A DNA stretch of 64,000 nucleotides from contig CAJFCJ010000012.1 of NCBI GenBank assembly GCA_904063045.1, positions 2,574,987 through 2,638,986 of the forward strand, in the 5' to 3' direction. This DNA comes from Dimorphilus gyrociliatus (Eukaryota; Animalia; Annelida). Shown piece after piece: positions 1-13,501 of this stretch. Within the stretch, counting starts at the first letter, position 1. Every line of letters begins with the position of its first letter. The position numbers were made by a program, and so were the translations under genes. The notes under the pieces are model-generated. The model made no database searches, was not told the DNA's origin, and was given only the letters and a program-made list of their open reading frames with translations.

Positions 1-880
1 CTCTTTTGCTCAATCTAAAGGGGAAAAAAAGCAAAAATCCGTTCGTTTCTTATCATAACAAACTTTCATTTTTACACTTCAAAATGAAAGTTTCGGAGGC
101 ATTTTTTTATTAGAGAAGGTGATAAATTTTCTCATATCTATATATTTATACATACGGTACACTGTTAATATACAGTATATTGGTTTGTTTATGTAACGAT
201 AAATATACTTGGAAAGGTTAAAATTCTCTATTCTTATTGTTACTATATACATCACAACTCTCTTCGCTCATAGCTCTTTCTTTAATCATCAGTCCAAGTT
301 CAATAAATCTTTACATCCTACTTAACTTTTAATTTCTTTTATGTCGTCATCAGCTCCTCAGGCGATACGATTACGTTTTATCTTATAGTGAAAAGTAGAT
401 TAGAAAATTTTAAACCTTTTCGTCCTTGACAAAGGTTAATCAACCGTTGCTAAAGTTATCTATATTTCTTTAGTCGTAAGAAGAAATGTTGAAAAGTTGA
501 AAAAAAAGAAAGTGTTGAATTTGAGTAAGAGTTTATAAAGATGAGATAATGTTTAATGAATTAAAGTTTAGTTAATTATGTACATAAAACAAAAGATATG
601 AGTGAAATGGTTGATCGTCAGTTAAAAAAATTTTCCTTTATCAATTAAGCTATCTACATAAAAACTTTACTTGTTTATAGTTTATGGAGAGTGTTTATAC
701 GTTGTTTTTATTTAATAGAGATACATGTAAAACAGTATATACATAAATATATAAAGCTCACGACTCATAATGAAAGTATATCTGTTAAAAAAGAAAAGTT
801 TCCTTTCAATTTTTTTATTTAATTATCTAATCGGATAAAGCTTTAAGTTTAATCACTTTCTATTCACTTTCTTCCTTTCG

Positions 881-911
<31 letters not shown>

Positions 912-1314
912 GCTCTTTAATTCCTAGTATCTTCACCTGTCCAGTGACCTATCAACAAAGAGAGAAATATATACTGGCTGAGCTTGGAGAGAATTAACTA
1001 TCATCTCGTATTTAAATAGCCAGATATCTCAATGGTTAATAGCATATACCTATTATGAATAACTATAGGATTATATAAAGAAACATATCAAGTGCGTAAG
1101 CAGAGAACAATAATCCTGATAATAATAAAAATGAGAAAATTAGCATATCGAAAACTTTGACACCTCAAAACATTAGTACTCATGAGAGCAATGTCCAACG
1201 GTCCACTTTCTTATCAATCTATGTTGCTGCTATAAATATAGACTAACCATATCTATTAAATTTTAGTTCTGTAATAGTTTTTAAAGGAGTTTCATCAATT
1301 GAAAATAAAGAAAT

Positions 1315-4300
1315 ATGAAATCTTCGAAATGGCTCAAATTTGTTTCACCATCATCCATTGGAAGTATTACAGCCGCTATGCTGGCATTGTATCCGGCTGG
1401 ATCGGAGAGGGTTCAATGGACAGAAGCCATAGCCCTTAAACTATGCTATATCATGGGTGGATTTCTAGTTAGTTACTTCTCCGTCAAAGCTTTAATGTGG
1501 ACTAGAAAGAGACTTCTCATATCCCTATTCTCCTACACTGGATGGATGATCCAACCAAAATCACTGAAAGCAAAGGTAATAACAATAGAGAATAGAAAGA
1601 GAAGTGAACAATTAATTCAACTGTCATGTATTTTCTCCCCTCTCTTATCTCTTTCAATATCATTTTCTATCACTCCACATCCGGATGAATGCTTTATCTA
1701 AACTTTTGTATATTTTGTTTAAAAGATATGGGCGATAATGATTAAAGTACTACGGGGTCCAAGACCATTTAAAACGTTCTCCTTCCAAAATCTAATACCG
1801 AAACAACCGTTACCAGAACTGAATGCAACACTGGACAAGTAAATATCATATATTTTCCCTATTTTTCTTCCCTTTTCCTATAGAAATCCTAATTGTATTA
1901 GCAATAATAATAATAACAATAATAATAACAAGTTAACCGCTTTAATGATAGCGATAACTGTAATAATCTAGTATCTATGTATAACGAAGGCACACAATAG
2001 TGGTTTATAAAAATTGACCGTTTTGTTCGCAGATGGCTCAAGGTCAGCAGGCAATTTGTAACTGAAGAAGAATTCTTACAAACCGAAAAGCATGTAGAAC
2101 ATTTCAGGAAGAACCAAGGTCCTAAACTTCACGCTTATTTAATAGAGAAGTAAGCATTTATACTTATATATATATATATTGATATTTATATATTTATTTA
2201 TCTCCCTTCCAGAGCCAAGAAATCAGATAGCTGGCTCAACGATTATTGGCTTCAGGGCGCTTATTTAGCTAGTAGAAAACCTCTAGCCGGTAATCAAATT
2301 CAATCAATTTAATTTTCTTTTATCGTCTCTTTCATTTCTTTCTCTCTTTCTTTCTTTCAATCTTTAGTTTATAGTAACTATTTCGTTTCGAATCACTTGA
2401 CTAAGGATAGAGTTGATTCCGGTTTACCAAGAGCAGCTAACATTGTTCATCATCTATTGCAAATGAATGAAGATATTAAAAATGAACTTATCGAGCCAGT
2501 TCTTCTTCAAGATTTAGTTCCACTGTGCATGAGCGGCTACAAAACTCTATTTGGTACTTGTCGCATCCCTGGTCTACATATGGATAGTATATCTATGAGT
2601 AAAGAATCTCAACATATCGTTGTATTAAGGTAAATGATAATTAAGGTGAAAACGAGCGATTTATTTAATAATTAATTAATTATATAGACGAGGGCACTAC
2701 TATAAATTACAAGTGAAAGTGAATGGATTAATACTGAGTCCAGGCGAACTAAAGAATCAGCTTCAAAAGATACGTAAAGATGCTGATGGTATGTTGGTTG
2801 ATTACTTAATCAGTTAAATATATACGCTATCAAAAAATCGATTGACATATATATCGAAATGGAATTTATGCAAATATATAACTCGATAAAAGTTCAATCT
2901 ATATTTTCTTACAGGAAGGGAACCGTGCAGAGAAAATTTTGCCAGTTTAACGTGCGATAATAGAAGTTCTTGGGCTAATGTAAATTAATTATATTATACT
3001 AATATAAACGTTTCTTTCTACTCTAAACTGAAACGAACCTTTCTATTTTGCCTTTCTAGAATAGAGAATACGTGAAAAAGACTAATGAAAAACTATTAAA
3101 TACTATTGAAACTTCCCTATTCCATATTGTTTTGGACGATACGATACACGAAGATATTTCGGCGAGATCTCGCGATTTAACTCTTGGTAAAGGTTGGGAT
3201 AGATGGTTCGATGTTGGCTTTACGGCAGTTTTTTATGAAGATGGGTCAATGGGCTGTAATGTTGAACATTCAACTCTTGACGCTATGGTTAGTATTTTCC
3301 ATCCATTCGTTACTCTATAGACAATTCTTAACGGATTATTCTTTGTCCTAAAAAGGTATTCGCAAACGTTATAGAATATGTTATGATACGTGAACAATAC
3401 TGTCTTCTAGACATCGCTCAGGTTGGTTCGTTAAGGAACCTACCGGACGCTGAGAGATTAGAATGGAACACTGACGAAAAATTAACTGATATGTTGAAAA
3501 TATCAACGGAGAATTATGAAAAACTGGTAATAATAGAAAAGATTCGTGTTATTTATTAATTCTTAACTGTTTCTTCCCATTCGTAGAATGATAGATTAGA
3601 TTTAATCGTTCAATCGGCGCCTTTCGGCAAAGGAATAATGAAAAAATGTCGCCTTAGTCCTGATGGATTTATTCAAATGGCACTCCAATTAGCATTCTAT
3701 AAAAAGCGTCAAGAAATTGCCAAAACGTATGAACCAGCAACTGGTAGACTATTTCTTTTGGGTAGAACGGATACCGTTCACCCAGTGTCGGAATACTCAA
3801 AGAAATGGGTTGAATGTATGACCAATAAAGATCACACTGACTCAGAAGAGAAGAGAACACTACTCTCGAAAGCCGTTAAAAATCAAACGCAATTCCGTCT
3901 AGACGCTACTATGGGTAATGGATGTGATAGACATTTGTTTGCTCTGTACTGCGCTTCCAGAGAATTGGGAATGGATCCTCCAATGATATTTCCCGACTCT
4001 GTAAGTAACAATAGAGCTGTAGATTTTCCTTTTATTTACAGAATTAACTAATGGTTGTACTCTTGTTCTCGGATTAGGCTTGGATGAAAGACTTTAAACT
4101 ATCAACATCTCAGACTCCAACCATTATCTATAGTCTAATGAAGGGTAAAGGGTCAATATTTGAGGATGGAATAGGAGGTTTCGGACCACAATGCGACGAT
4201 GGTTACGGAATATCTTACGTTATCTACGGAGAGAATTTAAGTTAGTAGAAAGAAAGAAAGATAGATAGATAAGGCGAATGATTATTAATTATCAATTTTT

Positions 4301-4420
4301 TTATCCTTTTCAGTAAACTTTTCAATATCAAGTTGGAAAGATAACAATAAAACAAATTCCAAAGAGTTCGCCGACTGCATAAACGAGTGTCTTCTAGAAA
4401 TGAGAGCCTTATTCTTATAG
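1315..4420 (+). CDS. CPT1-like: Carnitine O-palmitoyltransferase 1-like (choline/carnitine acyltransferase family), 12 exons, ~692 aa
   Basis: Phase-consistent GT-AG exons: 1315-1575, 1726-1838, 2033-2149, 2213-2289, 2368-2629, 2688-2788, 2915-2979, 3060-3287, 3356-3526, 3587-4000, 4078-4240, 4314-4420 (TAG). Motifs: N-terminal hydrophobic segments followed by SYTGWM and TFSFQNLIPKQPLP; VPLCM..CRIPG; DRWFD; catalytic HSTLD (HxxxD); [55 protein letters not shown], which closely matches the CPT1 C-terminus. Confidence 0.93.
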
Positions 4421-4648
4421 CGAAGACGGGAAAGGGAAAAGAGATGAGTTACAGTGATATATATAGAGACGTACTGTGTATAAATACTGCATATTTCCTT
4501 CTTTATGTATTATATATATATACATTGTTTTTACAAACTATCATTTATGTATCTAGTTTATTCGCCCTATTATTCATTTCCTTCTTTTTCATCTTCTTAT
4601 TAGCAAAATATAAAACAAAGAAATAACTCAAAACTATACGCCTATTTA

Positions 4649-6149
4649 TTAATGTTTGTCTTCTTTATTGTTAGGAAACAGTTTTTGGTCTTTGCTGAGG
4701 TTTCCTATTGCGGAATCCTCCCTTTTTATTCTTTGGCTCTCCTCCAATTGGTCTGTGGGAAAATAAACGAATAACAGACAAATTAGTTTATTAATGACGC
4801 AATACGATACACTTAAATAGTTAGTTAGTGAAATGATATTATACTTTTCGTAATTTTCCCTTGGCCATCGTACGAAATACGAAAATATCCATGACTTTGT
4901 AACACCTTGAGCTTTTCTAATTTTATCTAATTGAGAATGTCTTTCTAAATTGATATCTCTTCTTCTGAGAAGAATTTGACGCCTCTGCTCTAATTCAAGT
5001 CTCATTCTTTCCCTAGCTTCTTCTTCCAACCTTTGAATCTAAGGAAAAATGAGAAAGTTGCTTCAATTTTTCTAGTAGGTGAAAACTTATATCCAGCGAT
5101 ATACAGTATATTTATATATATATATAAATAGACAATATATAAGAGATATGGACATACCTCTATCAACTTTTGGCGCTCTTGCTCTAGGCGTTCCCTTTCT
5201 TGTCTTTCTTTCTCTAATCTTTCCATTTCGATTTGCATTTCCTCTTCTTCCATCTTTAGTCTATATTTTAGTTTTATATATTATATCGAATATATACAGT
5301 TTGTCTATATTTAATAACAACAATAGTAGCAATAATAGAAAATACCTTATTCTTTCACTCTCCTCTTCCATCTGAAGCTTTTCTAGATATAATGCTCTTT
5401 GTCTTTCTTCAGCTTCTTCTCTAGCCTGAACTATCTTCTTAAGAGCTTCTTCTTCCATTGCTCTTTCCATCTCTTCCATCTCTTCATCCTCCAGTTGTCT
5501 TTGCTTCCTTTCCTCTTCTTCTTCTTCGGCTAATCGCTCTTGCTCTTCCCTCTCTTGTTCTTCTTTTCTCTTCCTCTCCTCTTCTCGTAATTTACGTTTC
5601 TCTTCGGCAGAAGCTAGCGTCTCCAACATTTGTAATTCTCTCTTTCTGGCCGCCTCGAGTCTAGCTTTTTCCTCTTCTCTCTTTAACCTTTCTTTTTCCC
5701 TTTTCTTTTCTTGCTCGGCTCTTCTCTTCGCTTCTCTTTGTTCTTTGTACTGTTTTCTTTGTTCGGCTATTAAATTTCTGGCATCCTCCTCCGCCCTTTC
5801 AGCCTCCATAACTTCGTTGGTGGCTGCTTGTATTTCTGCTTCGACAATCTTTTTATTGCCCTCCACTTCCTGTTTCTTTAGCTCATTTTGATGTTCAATC
5901 TCTTTTATTTTGGCTTCGAGGGCTTGAGCTTCTTCAAGACGTTTTTGTCTCTCCAGTCGTTTAGCTTCCCTTAAACTTTGACGTTTCTTTTCTAATTCAT
6001 CGCCGTCCTCTTGTTTCTGCTTCCGTTTCATTTTAGGACTTTTTGACTTAGGCCTAGCCTTTGATTTTGTTTCCCCTTTTTTCTCGCCACCAACGACATT
6101 TTCAGCAGCAGATTTGAGTTTATTCTGAAGAAAAAATAAATAGATAAAT

Positions 6150-6180
<31 letters not shown>

Positions 6181-9100
6181 TTTCTTTTTTTGGAACCTTA
6201 ATAATCTCAGCTTCAAGTGCAAGTTCTTCAGCCGACAAACCCTCTTCGATTGAAAATGTATTCGATAAAATTTGATCTGTAAGAAGGTAAGAAAGGCAAT
6301 AAAATCTATGTTTTATCGAAGAGAGAGAATAATCAATTTGTGATTTATTACCCATTTCCTTCTCTAATTTTTTCTCCTCTTCCATTTTCTTATCAATTGA
6401 AGAGAGAACGCTCTGACTTCTTTTAAACTCTTTGATCTGATTTTCCGAAAATTTCACACTTAAAGGTGGCTTCTTATGAGTGGGCGATGAGCTTTTTGGA
6501 GGTGTTTTAGATTGTTTTTCGCTCGATTTTAATATTTTTTTAATGGGAGCTGAACTAGAAACATCCTTCTTACTAGAAGATATTCCTTGATTATCATAAG
6601 GAGAGACGCTTAAAAGAGGAGGAGAATTTGATCGAAGTTTTTCCTTTTTCGCCGCACTTCCGTCTTCTTTCGGTAGTTCAGGAAGGTTTCGCTATGAAAA
6701 TAGAGAGTTTATTATCATTTTCCCATTAATAAACAGTTAAATTATTATGTAAATATTACGTTTTTCTTATTATCACTTTGAATTAAATTCTCCGATTCAT
6801 TTTCATCCCTATTTATCTCTATTGAAGGTTGTCTAGCGCTAATTGGCCTCTTAGAAGAGGTTGGTCGTTTTTTCAATAGTTTCTCCCCTTCGCTTTCAGC
6901 TACTGATTTTTCCTCATCTTCTCCATCTCCTTCTGCTTGGGGACTTTGGACGAATTGAACGTGCTTTTCGATCGAATCCGATCTTGCAGACATTCTATCG
7001 GGTGTCAAGAGTCTTGACCGTACCGACGCCGCTGAAACGGGTCGTTCTCTATTCGACGACGTTGCCGAATGATTGCTTAAATCAGATTTCATTTCTCTTT
7101 GCTGAGGTTCTGAGACTTGCTGCTTATCTATAACGATCTCTCGGTGGTCTACAATTACATTATTCTCTTCTATTGACGGTGGCTTATCTCTATTGAAAAC
7201 GTCGTAACTGGACGGATCTTCGATGGCAGCTTCATTTTCAGTGCTTGCCGATCTATTCGATTTAATGGAACTCTTTCTCGAGTTATTTACTTCTCCGACT
7301 ATTTCTGTCTTTGGTTCGTCATCACTAAATGCCTTGTCTTTCAATATTGCGTGTTGTTCATCGTGAGATGAATATTTTCTCTCATTTCTTCTCCTCCAAG
7401 GTGGAGTTACACAACGAGAGGTGGAGGCCAAAACAGGCGTTGGAGGAAGATATCTACCACTAAGTGGCCGAAAATCACCAGTACTTGCAGCTATAATACG
7501 ATATATATGTGTTTTGAAAAGGATTAAAGAGAAAAATTGATCTGCACGAGTGTTGAAAAACTCGGAAAAAAACTGACAAAAAACAATCCAAAACGTGTTG
7601 AACAGATGGTGAAAAGAACGTAGAAGAAAATATTAAATACATAAATTTTTAACCCGTCATACCATATACACTATAGCTGTTGTTGTTGTTGTTGTTGTTT
7701 GTAGCATTATTAAAGCGATACAGGGAGGGAGGAAGGGAGAGAGAGAAAGACAAAGAGAGAGAGAGAGAGAGGAGGTTAAGGAACGGGAAGGGGTAGGAGA
7801 AAAAGGGAATGAAATGAATGATTAGTCAATAAATTATTATAGATTTTTTTCTTTTTATCATTAATAGCTTTTTAATAGCCTTATTAGTTATGATCAGAAA
7901 AATAAATCAAATAGACCTATTTATATAGATATATCTACACCAGATGAATACTTACTATTTGAACGGGTTGAAGGACTCTTAGGGCTATTCATCGGCATAG
8001 TTTGCTTTGTTTCCTTACCATCCTCCAAACGAGGATGATCTGGCAATCTATTTAAAAGCAATTTCTTTCAATTAACTCTATTAATAACGAATAACAATTA
8101 ACACAATAAGACAATAAAATAAACGAAATAAATGGAGACTAACTGACTGATTGATTGATTGATTGATTGATTAACTTGTATATATTTTATGGATATATAA
8201 ATACAATATACATATATAGTATATAGAGAGATATTGTACAAAGTCTACTTACTGTTTACGTCTTATTCGCACGGAAATTTCACTCTCAGATCCAGAAGGA
8301 GACGAAGGAGGAACCGGCATTTGTTCTGCTTAATAAAAGAGATTTATACAGTTATATATCTTATATATAGTGTATAATTGAATAGATAAGAGTTATCAAG
8401 TTAAAACTGTATGGTGCTTATTAATATAAAGCAAAAACAACAATAAAACAAAACAAACAAACAAACAATACTAGAGAATAAAAAAAAATATTCCTCTCTT
8501 CTTTCTTTCTTTCTTTCTTTTATTATCTAGAAATAAAATATGAATTGAGCATATGACGGGAACTTTTAGGATATTCTATTCTCTCTTCTTTTCTTTCTCT
8601 TATCAATAATGGAAAATATGGTTTTTGTTTGTTTGTCAATTTGTTTGTTTGTTTGCTCCTTAGGATACAAAACTGTGCTGAAAATCAACATTAAAAACAA
8701 ACAATAATGATATATATATATATATTATATATATATATATAAATATCATAATAATAGTAATAATAGCTTTTGTGCCAGATATTCAAGTGCGCTCAGTTTG
8801 TACTTGACTGATTTTGTTCGGTGATAATAAACAACAATAATATTGCAGTTGAGTGGTTAAACAACTTCTATACGTTCTTTTTCGGTTTCGACCGAGAAAG
8901 ACCCTACTGTTACCTTTAAATTTTGATTTAGACTCTGGTGGAAGATTTGGTAAGACTCTTCGACGCTTTTCGAATACTTTTTTAGTAGGTGGAGCGAGAT
9001 TTGGACTCCATAATCGACTCTCGTCGGTTGTATCGTAATTTGGTGTGTTTGTACGAGGCTTACCCGCAATATCCTCCGGAGTTTTTGTTGACCTGGAAGA

Positions 9101-10430
9101 AGGAGGCCTCTGGTAGAGAATTTCTGAAGATGGTCTTGTAGATGGCCTCGAAGAATTTGTAAAAGTTAACTCTTCAACAGTCTCCATAGGATTTTCTATA
9201 GAACAGCAAAGCGATGCACACTAAAGAAATAAAAGAAATAATATCTACCTTCAAACATTAACGAAGATCTTGTCCTTAGAGATTTCTTAAGCTCTTCGCT
9301 AGATAATCTCTGCACAGTTTTAGGAGACCTCGAAGATAAGCTATTCGTCAAAATGACAAAGCGAGGAGAAGAGAAGGAAAAAAGAAAAGGGAATTAAAAT
9401 TAAAACAAGCCTTAAATTTTGATTGACAAACTGAAAAGTCCTAAATTGTGCTTGTGCCGATGATGGTCGACTATCAGTACTAGACGTGCAAGATTCTGTA
9501 TCTGGTGAATTCCTTGCTAAGAGGAGTAAGGCTTCTTGAAGTTGCTTTTCATCTTCCGATAAATTGTGATTATTTCTTAAGCTTCTAAACCAACTGCGTG
9601 ATTTTAAGTGTTATGTTTGTTTATTGTTAATAAATTTAAGCTGTTTTCCCCCTCTCCCTTCCCTTTTCTCACACATTTACACATATTTACATACAATTAG
9701 GAAGAGGGATTGGACATTTCATCCTTACCTGGCTGAATGCCTTCGTAATTGCTGCAGGTAATCATCGGTACTCTCTCTCTTCAATTCATGATCCGCTGCT
9801 GAATTTAAATCGTGCAGGAAATTAAGATAAGTTTTATTAGCCGGATCGGAAATACTGCAATGTTCTTTATTATACTCCTATAGAATAATAATAAATAGCA
9901 CAAGATCTTTATTGTCGCTTCAAGACTAGTTAAATGTATAGGCTTACTCCGTCTCCAAAACTCAAAATACTTTGAGCTAAACGGGATAAACTACCGAATT
10001 TCTTTTGTAATTCGCTATCAGACATTTTCTTCAGCTTGTTACGAAGTTTGTCTCCTTCCCTAGCATTCATCTCTTCCATTTCTTTATCGGAAGGTCCAGA
10101 GAATAATAGTAGACGACCCCGCCTCGTAAGGTACGTTTTTGGTATAAGAGCCTCTTGTTTTTGTCTGTCAACGGGGGCGGACATGCATCGATAGTTGGGT
10201 ACAGTGTTGAGAACTGAATACCCCATATCTTTCGGCTTGGGGACTACTTTCTGAAGAGGAAAAGAGGAGGAGGGGAAAGAGAAGAAGGAGGGGAAGAAAA
10301 ACAACAAAAGTCAATATATAAAGTATACATCTATATGTATATGTCAACTAACTTTATCTGAATCAATAAAGTCAACGGCACCGGGACCGTTCCAAGAGGC
10401 AAATCCTTGAGCAAGTGGACTAAAAGCCAT
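4649..10430 (-). CDS. KIAA2012-like: KIAA2012-like protein, multi-exon, with a long E/R/K-rich coiled-coil C-terminus
   Basis: ATG at 10430 (MAFSPLAQGFASWNGPGAVDFIDSDK, donor gttagt), spliced in phase to the exon starting at 10250. That exon contains LIPKTYLTRRGRLLLFSG, resembling KIAA2012 LPKTFSTRKGALILYSEG. Ser/Arg-rich middle exons (6745-7431, 8783-9187) and the ER/K helix (5346-6126) lead to the C-terminal QGVTKSWIFSYF (compare NISRPWVYSYF). Stop TAA at 4649-4651. Not every internal boundary was traced. Confidence 0.75.
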
Positions 10431-11070
10431 TCTAAATACTTTTAGAGGTGTACTTTACATATAGATATATTCTTTCTTTATACTGTTTATATCAATGAGA
10501 AACCAATACTGAACAATAAAAACTTTATACAGTATACGGATTATCAAAAAACTATTCTATCGGACATCTCGCCTAATCAAGCTCTTCCTATACACTCTTA
10601 TCTATATACGAACGTTTCTTCCATAACTTCTGACACATAGTGAAGCTAGTGAAAAGGCGTACGAAAAAAAGCAATACTGTTTACACTGGTTGCTAGTAGA
10701 GATTAAGCCTATTGATCTCGACTGCAAATTAATGTTCTCTTTACAGTTTACTTAATATTTTAATGTTTATCCAACGCTAATGCTATTCAATCGGTCGAAA
10801 ACAGTAATTCTACTAAGTACACATTATGCTTTAAAATTTGTTACCTAAACGTAATACCGCCTTTGAAGTATCTATATAAAAAGCAGTAAAGAAGGATAAG
10901 ACAACTTTTTTCCTAATCTTATCCAGAATTTTTTATTAGCCTATGAATTATTACTATTGACTTGAATAACACGATCAACAAACTATCGAAATTAATTAGT
11001 CAAACGTAGTTCTTTCATAGTCTTTCAACGCACGCGATAAATCAATTTCAATTTTCCACTTTTTTAAAAG

Positions 11071-11073
<3 letters not shown>

Positions 11074-11112
<39 letters not shown>
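11074..11112. repeat. (CT)n microsatellite, representative of dozens of AG/CT tracts in the window
   Basis: Seen directly. Confidence 0.9.
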
Positions 11113-11115
<3 letters not shown>

Positions 11116-11742
11116 CTTCTTGTGCAGTTTTGTTCCATTTTAAATAAGAAAAAAACAGCGAATTTGTATAAAAATTAAGAGCTTTTTATTCTGTTTGCTT
11201 TGTAGAAAGGGAGAGGTTTTTTCTTTCAAATTGATTATTTAATACATTTTTCTTTCTATATATTGGTTTATTTATTTATTGATTATCTATCAATTCTCTC
11301 TCCTCTATTGCTTCCTCTCTCCCTCCCTCCCTCCCTCCTTTCACCCCTCCTATTCTCTCTTTCGTTCTTCTCTTCTTGTTCTTCTTCGACTCTTTCTTCT
11401 CTTAATCTACCTCCTTAAGCGTATCTTTACTTTATTACAACTTTCTTTCTTCACAAATCGCTTACATTAAATATATTCTATAGGCTTTTCGCCAACTACA
11501 CAACCACAAAACCATTATTCTTCGATTGATCCCAATCAAGTCACAAGTAGGCTCTTCAAACTCAATCGAAACGAATTTGTCTCGCCGGGAATATGGCGCC
11601 ATCTATATTCCATTTTGTTATCTTCACCGATAAGAGCAAAGGATAATTTACCTGTATACATGTTTTTCTTTTAAATCTTTTTACCTGTAGCAGACGTTAA
11701 ATTGATTTTTTTCGGGGAAACGTTAAAAAGCGCTTGTTGGCT

Positions 11743-12668
11743 ATGGATGAAAGAGAATTTCCCCCTCCTCCTCCACCCCTCAGTGCAGAAGGAAATTTCA
11801 ACGTAGCTAGATATGAAGAAGAGCAGCAAATAGACGATTCTGTACCCGTACCGTTAGTCAGCGTACAAAAAGAGACCGATGAAGGGAAAATGGATAAGAT
11901 TAAAGGATTTTTTAACAAGGCAAAAAAGCCAAAATTACCAAAGATGCCATTTTTTAAAAAGAAGAAGCAAGATAATGTTTTACAGGTAAATATAATCATA
12001 AAAGAGGAGTTGAAATCTATCAACTATATTATTAATATAAACAACAAACGACATATTGCAGTTGGACGTCATTCCGCAAGAAAACTTGAACGAGTCCGAA
12101 CCTGAGCCGATGCCTCAGCAAAGTCAAAGGTTAACTCCTCCGGAGCAAGATTCTTGGTCTCCTGGCCAACCGCTACTCCAAAGAGGAGCGAGCGTTGATG
12201 CGAGGGGAGCAGAGGAGGGTCAGAATTTTCCCCAACCGGTAAAACTATATAAAAATACATAAAAAACAATAGAGGACAAGTGGATTGCGGAAGAGAGTTT
12301 AACGTCAATTTTTCCTATAGGTAATCATAAATAGACCGGAAGAAGCACCTTTGGACACTGGCTTTGCAGCCGAAGGAGAACAGACTAGAGCTCCTTTTAG
12401 AGAAATAACACGAAAAAGAGTTAGAGCGAGTACCGTCACTCTGGCCCTACTTCTTCTAGGACTAGCCGTTGGCATCGTTTTAACGGCACTTAGCTCCAGA
12501 TCATTTATGCTGAAGATTATCGGGCCAACTCTAATAGGCCTATCATTTTTTGCTTTGATAGGTAAAATATACTTCACACTGTTCCTCGGAGACAATCCAG
12601 ATCTTGGGCTACAACCAATAGTGAAAAAGGCCCAAAAGATGATAAAAAGAAAGGAAAGTTCAAATTAG
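11743..12668 (+). CDS. Orphan ~255-aa membrane protein with a C-terminal two-TM hairpin (PIRT/TMEM100-like topology)
   Basis: Three phase-0 exons: 11743-11985, 12062-12238, 12321-12668, with canonical GT-AG introns. Contains N-terminal EFPPPPPPL, the basic cluster KAKKPKLPKMPFFKKKK, two hydrophobic helices (TVTLALLLLGLAVGIVLTAL and IIGPTLIGLSFFALIGKIYF) and a basic C-terminal tail. Confidence 0.8.
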
Positions 12669-12962
12669 AAAATAGTATAAAACACTTGCCATTGTAGTGA
12701 ATTTTTGTTGTTTATTTTGTATTATTAAATTAACTGTAAGATTGTTGAAGCGATAAATTAGATAAAGCATGAATATTCATTAAGCAGAGAAGAGAGTATG
12801 TACAAGTATACCTTTTAACCCACTCATTTTTTCTCTCTCTCTCTCTCTCTCTCTCGTTCTTTGTCCCCTACATCCCTGTGTATAAATACTACATTTAATA
12901 TATGCACTATTCGTCGATTGATACTCCAAATATGGTTTTTTTTTTACTATAGAAAGCGTTGT

Positions 12963-13501
12963 TTATAATGAAAAAATGTTGTTTTTTATTTCGGTTTTAA
13001 TCTTTTTCCATCGATTATTAAAACAAATTCCTTGGCTTTTGATTGGAGCGAAATCGCAATCGGCAAATTCTTTATTTAAATAGGTAAAGCCTTCGTATGA
13101 GCAAACTGGGCTAAAGTAATGATTGGCTATGCATGGTGGACATTTCTTCATCGATTTGACAAGTATTCCGTTGCATTTAGCCTCGCAAATGTTTCTATAA
13201 GTTCTCTCATTTTCTCCGCAAACCGGCTCAGTTGAGTTGGGACAAGAACACGTTCTGAAACATTGCCCTTTGTATCTAGGAACGACTCCTTCACACTCTG
13301 CCACGCACGAGTTATTATGAGTGATTCCGTTCGTGTCGCAAACTGGATCGAGGACCCTTCTACACCTTCGGCAATCAAACGACAAGGCGTCACCAATAGC
13401 TACGAATAAGTTTTTTAAATTAACTTGAACATACTAAATAAAAACAAGCAGCGTCACTTACTAATAAACAGAATAGAGTAGAATAATACAATTTCAAACA
13501 T
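12963..13501 (-). CDS. Secreted Kazal-type serine protease inhibitor, three domains, ~158 aa
   Basis: Exon 1 (13501-13462) encodes the signal peptide MFEIVLFYSILFI and ends at donor gtaagt. Exon 2 (13399-12963) follows in phase 1 and carries three repeats of the Kazal pattern C..C-x7-PVC..TY.N.C.A.C..C. Confidence 0.92.

Noticed and set aside
1-1314. Search for an upstream CPT1 exon or a separate gene
   Set aside because: All frames close quickly. The donor at about 435 is preceded by an in-frame stop in the phase required.
8783-9069. Overlapping ORFs 8853-9038 (+) and 8857-9069 (-)
   Set aside because: They are alternative frames of a KIAA2012-like exon.
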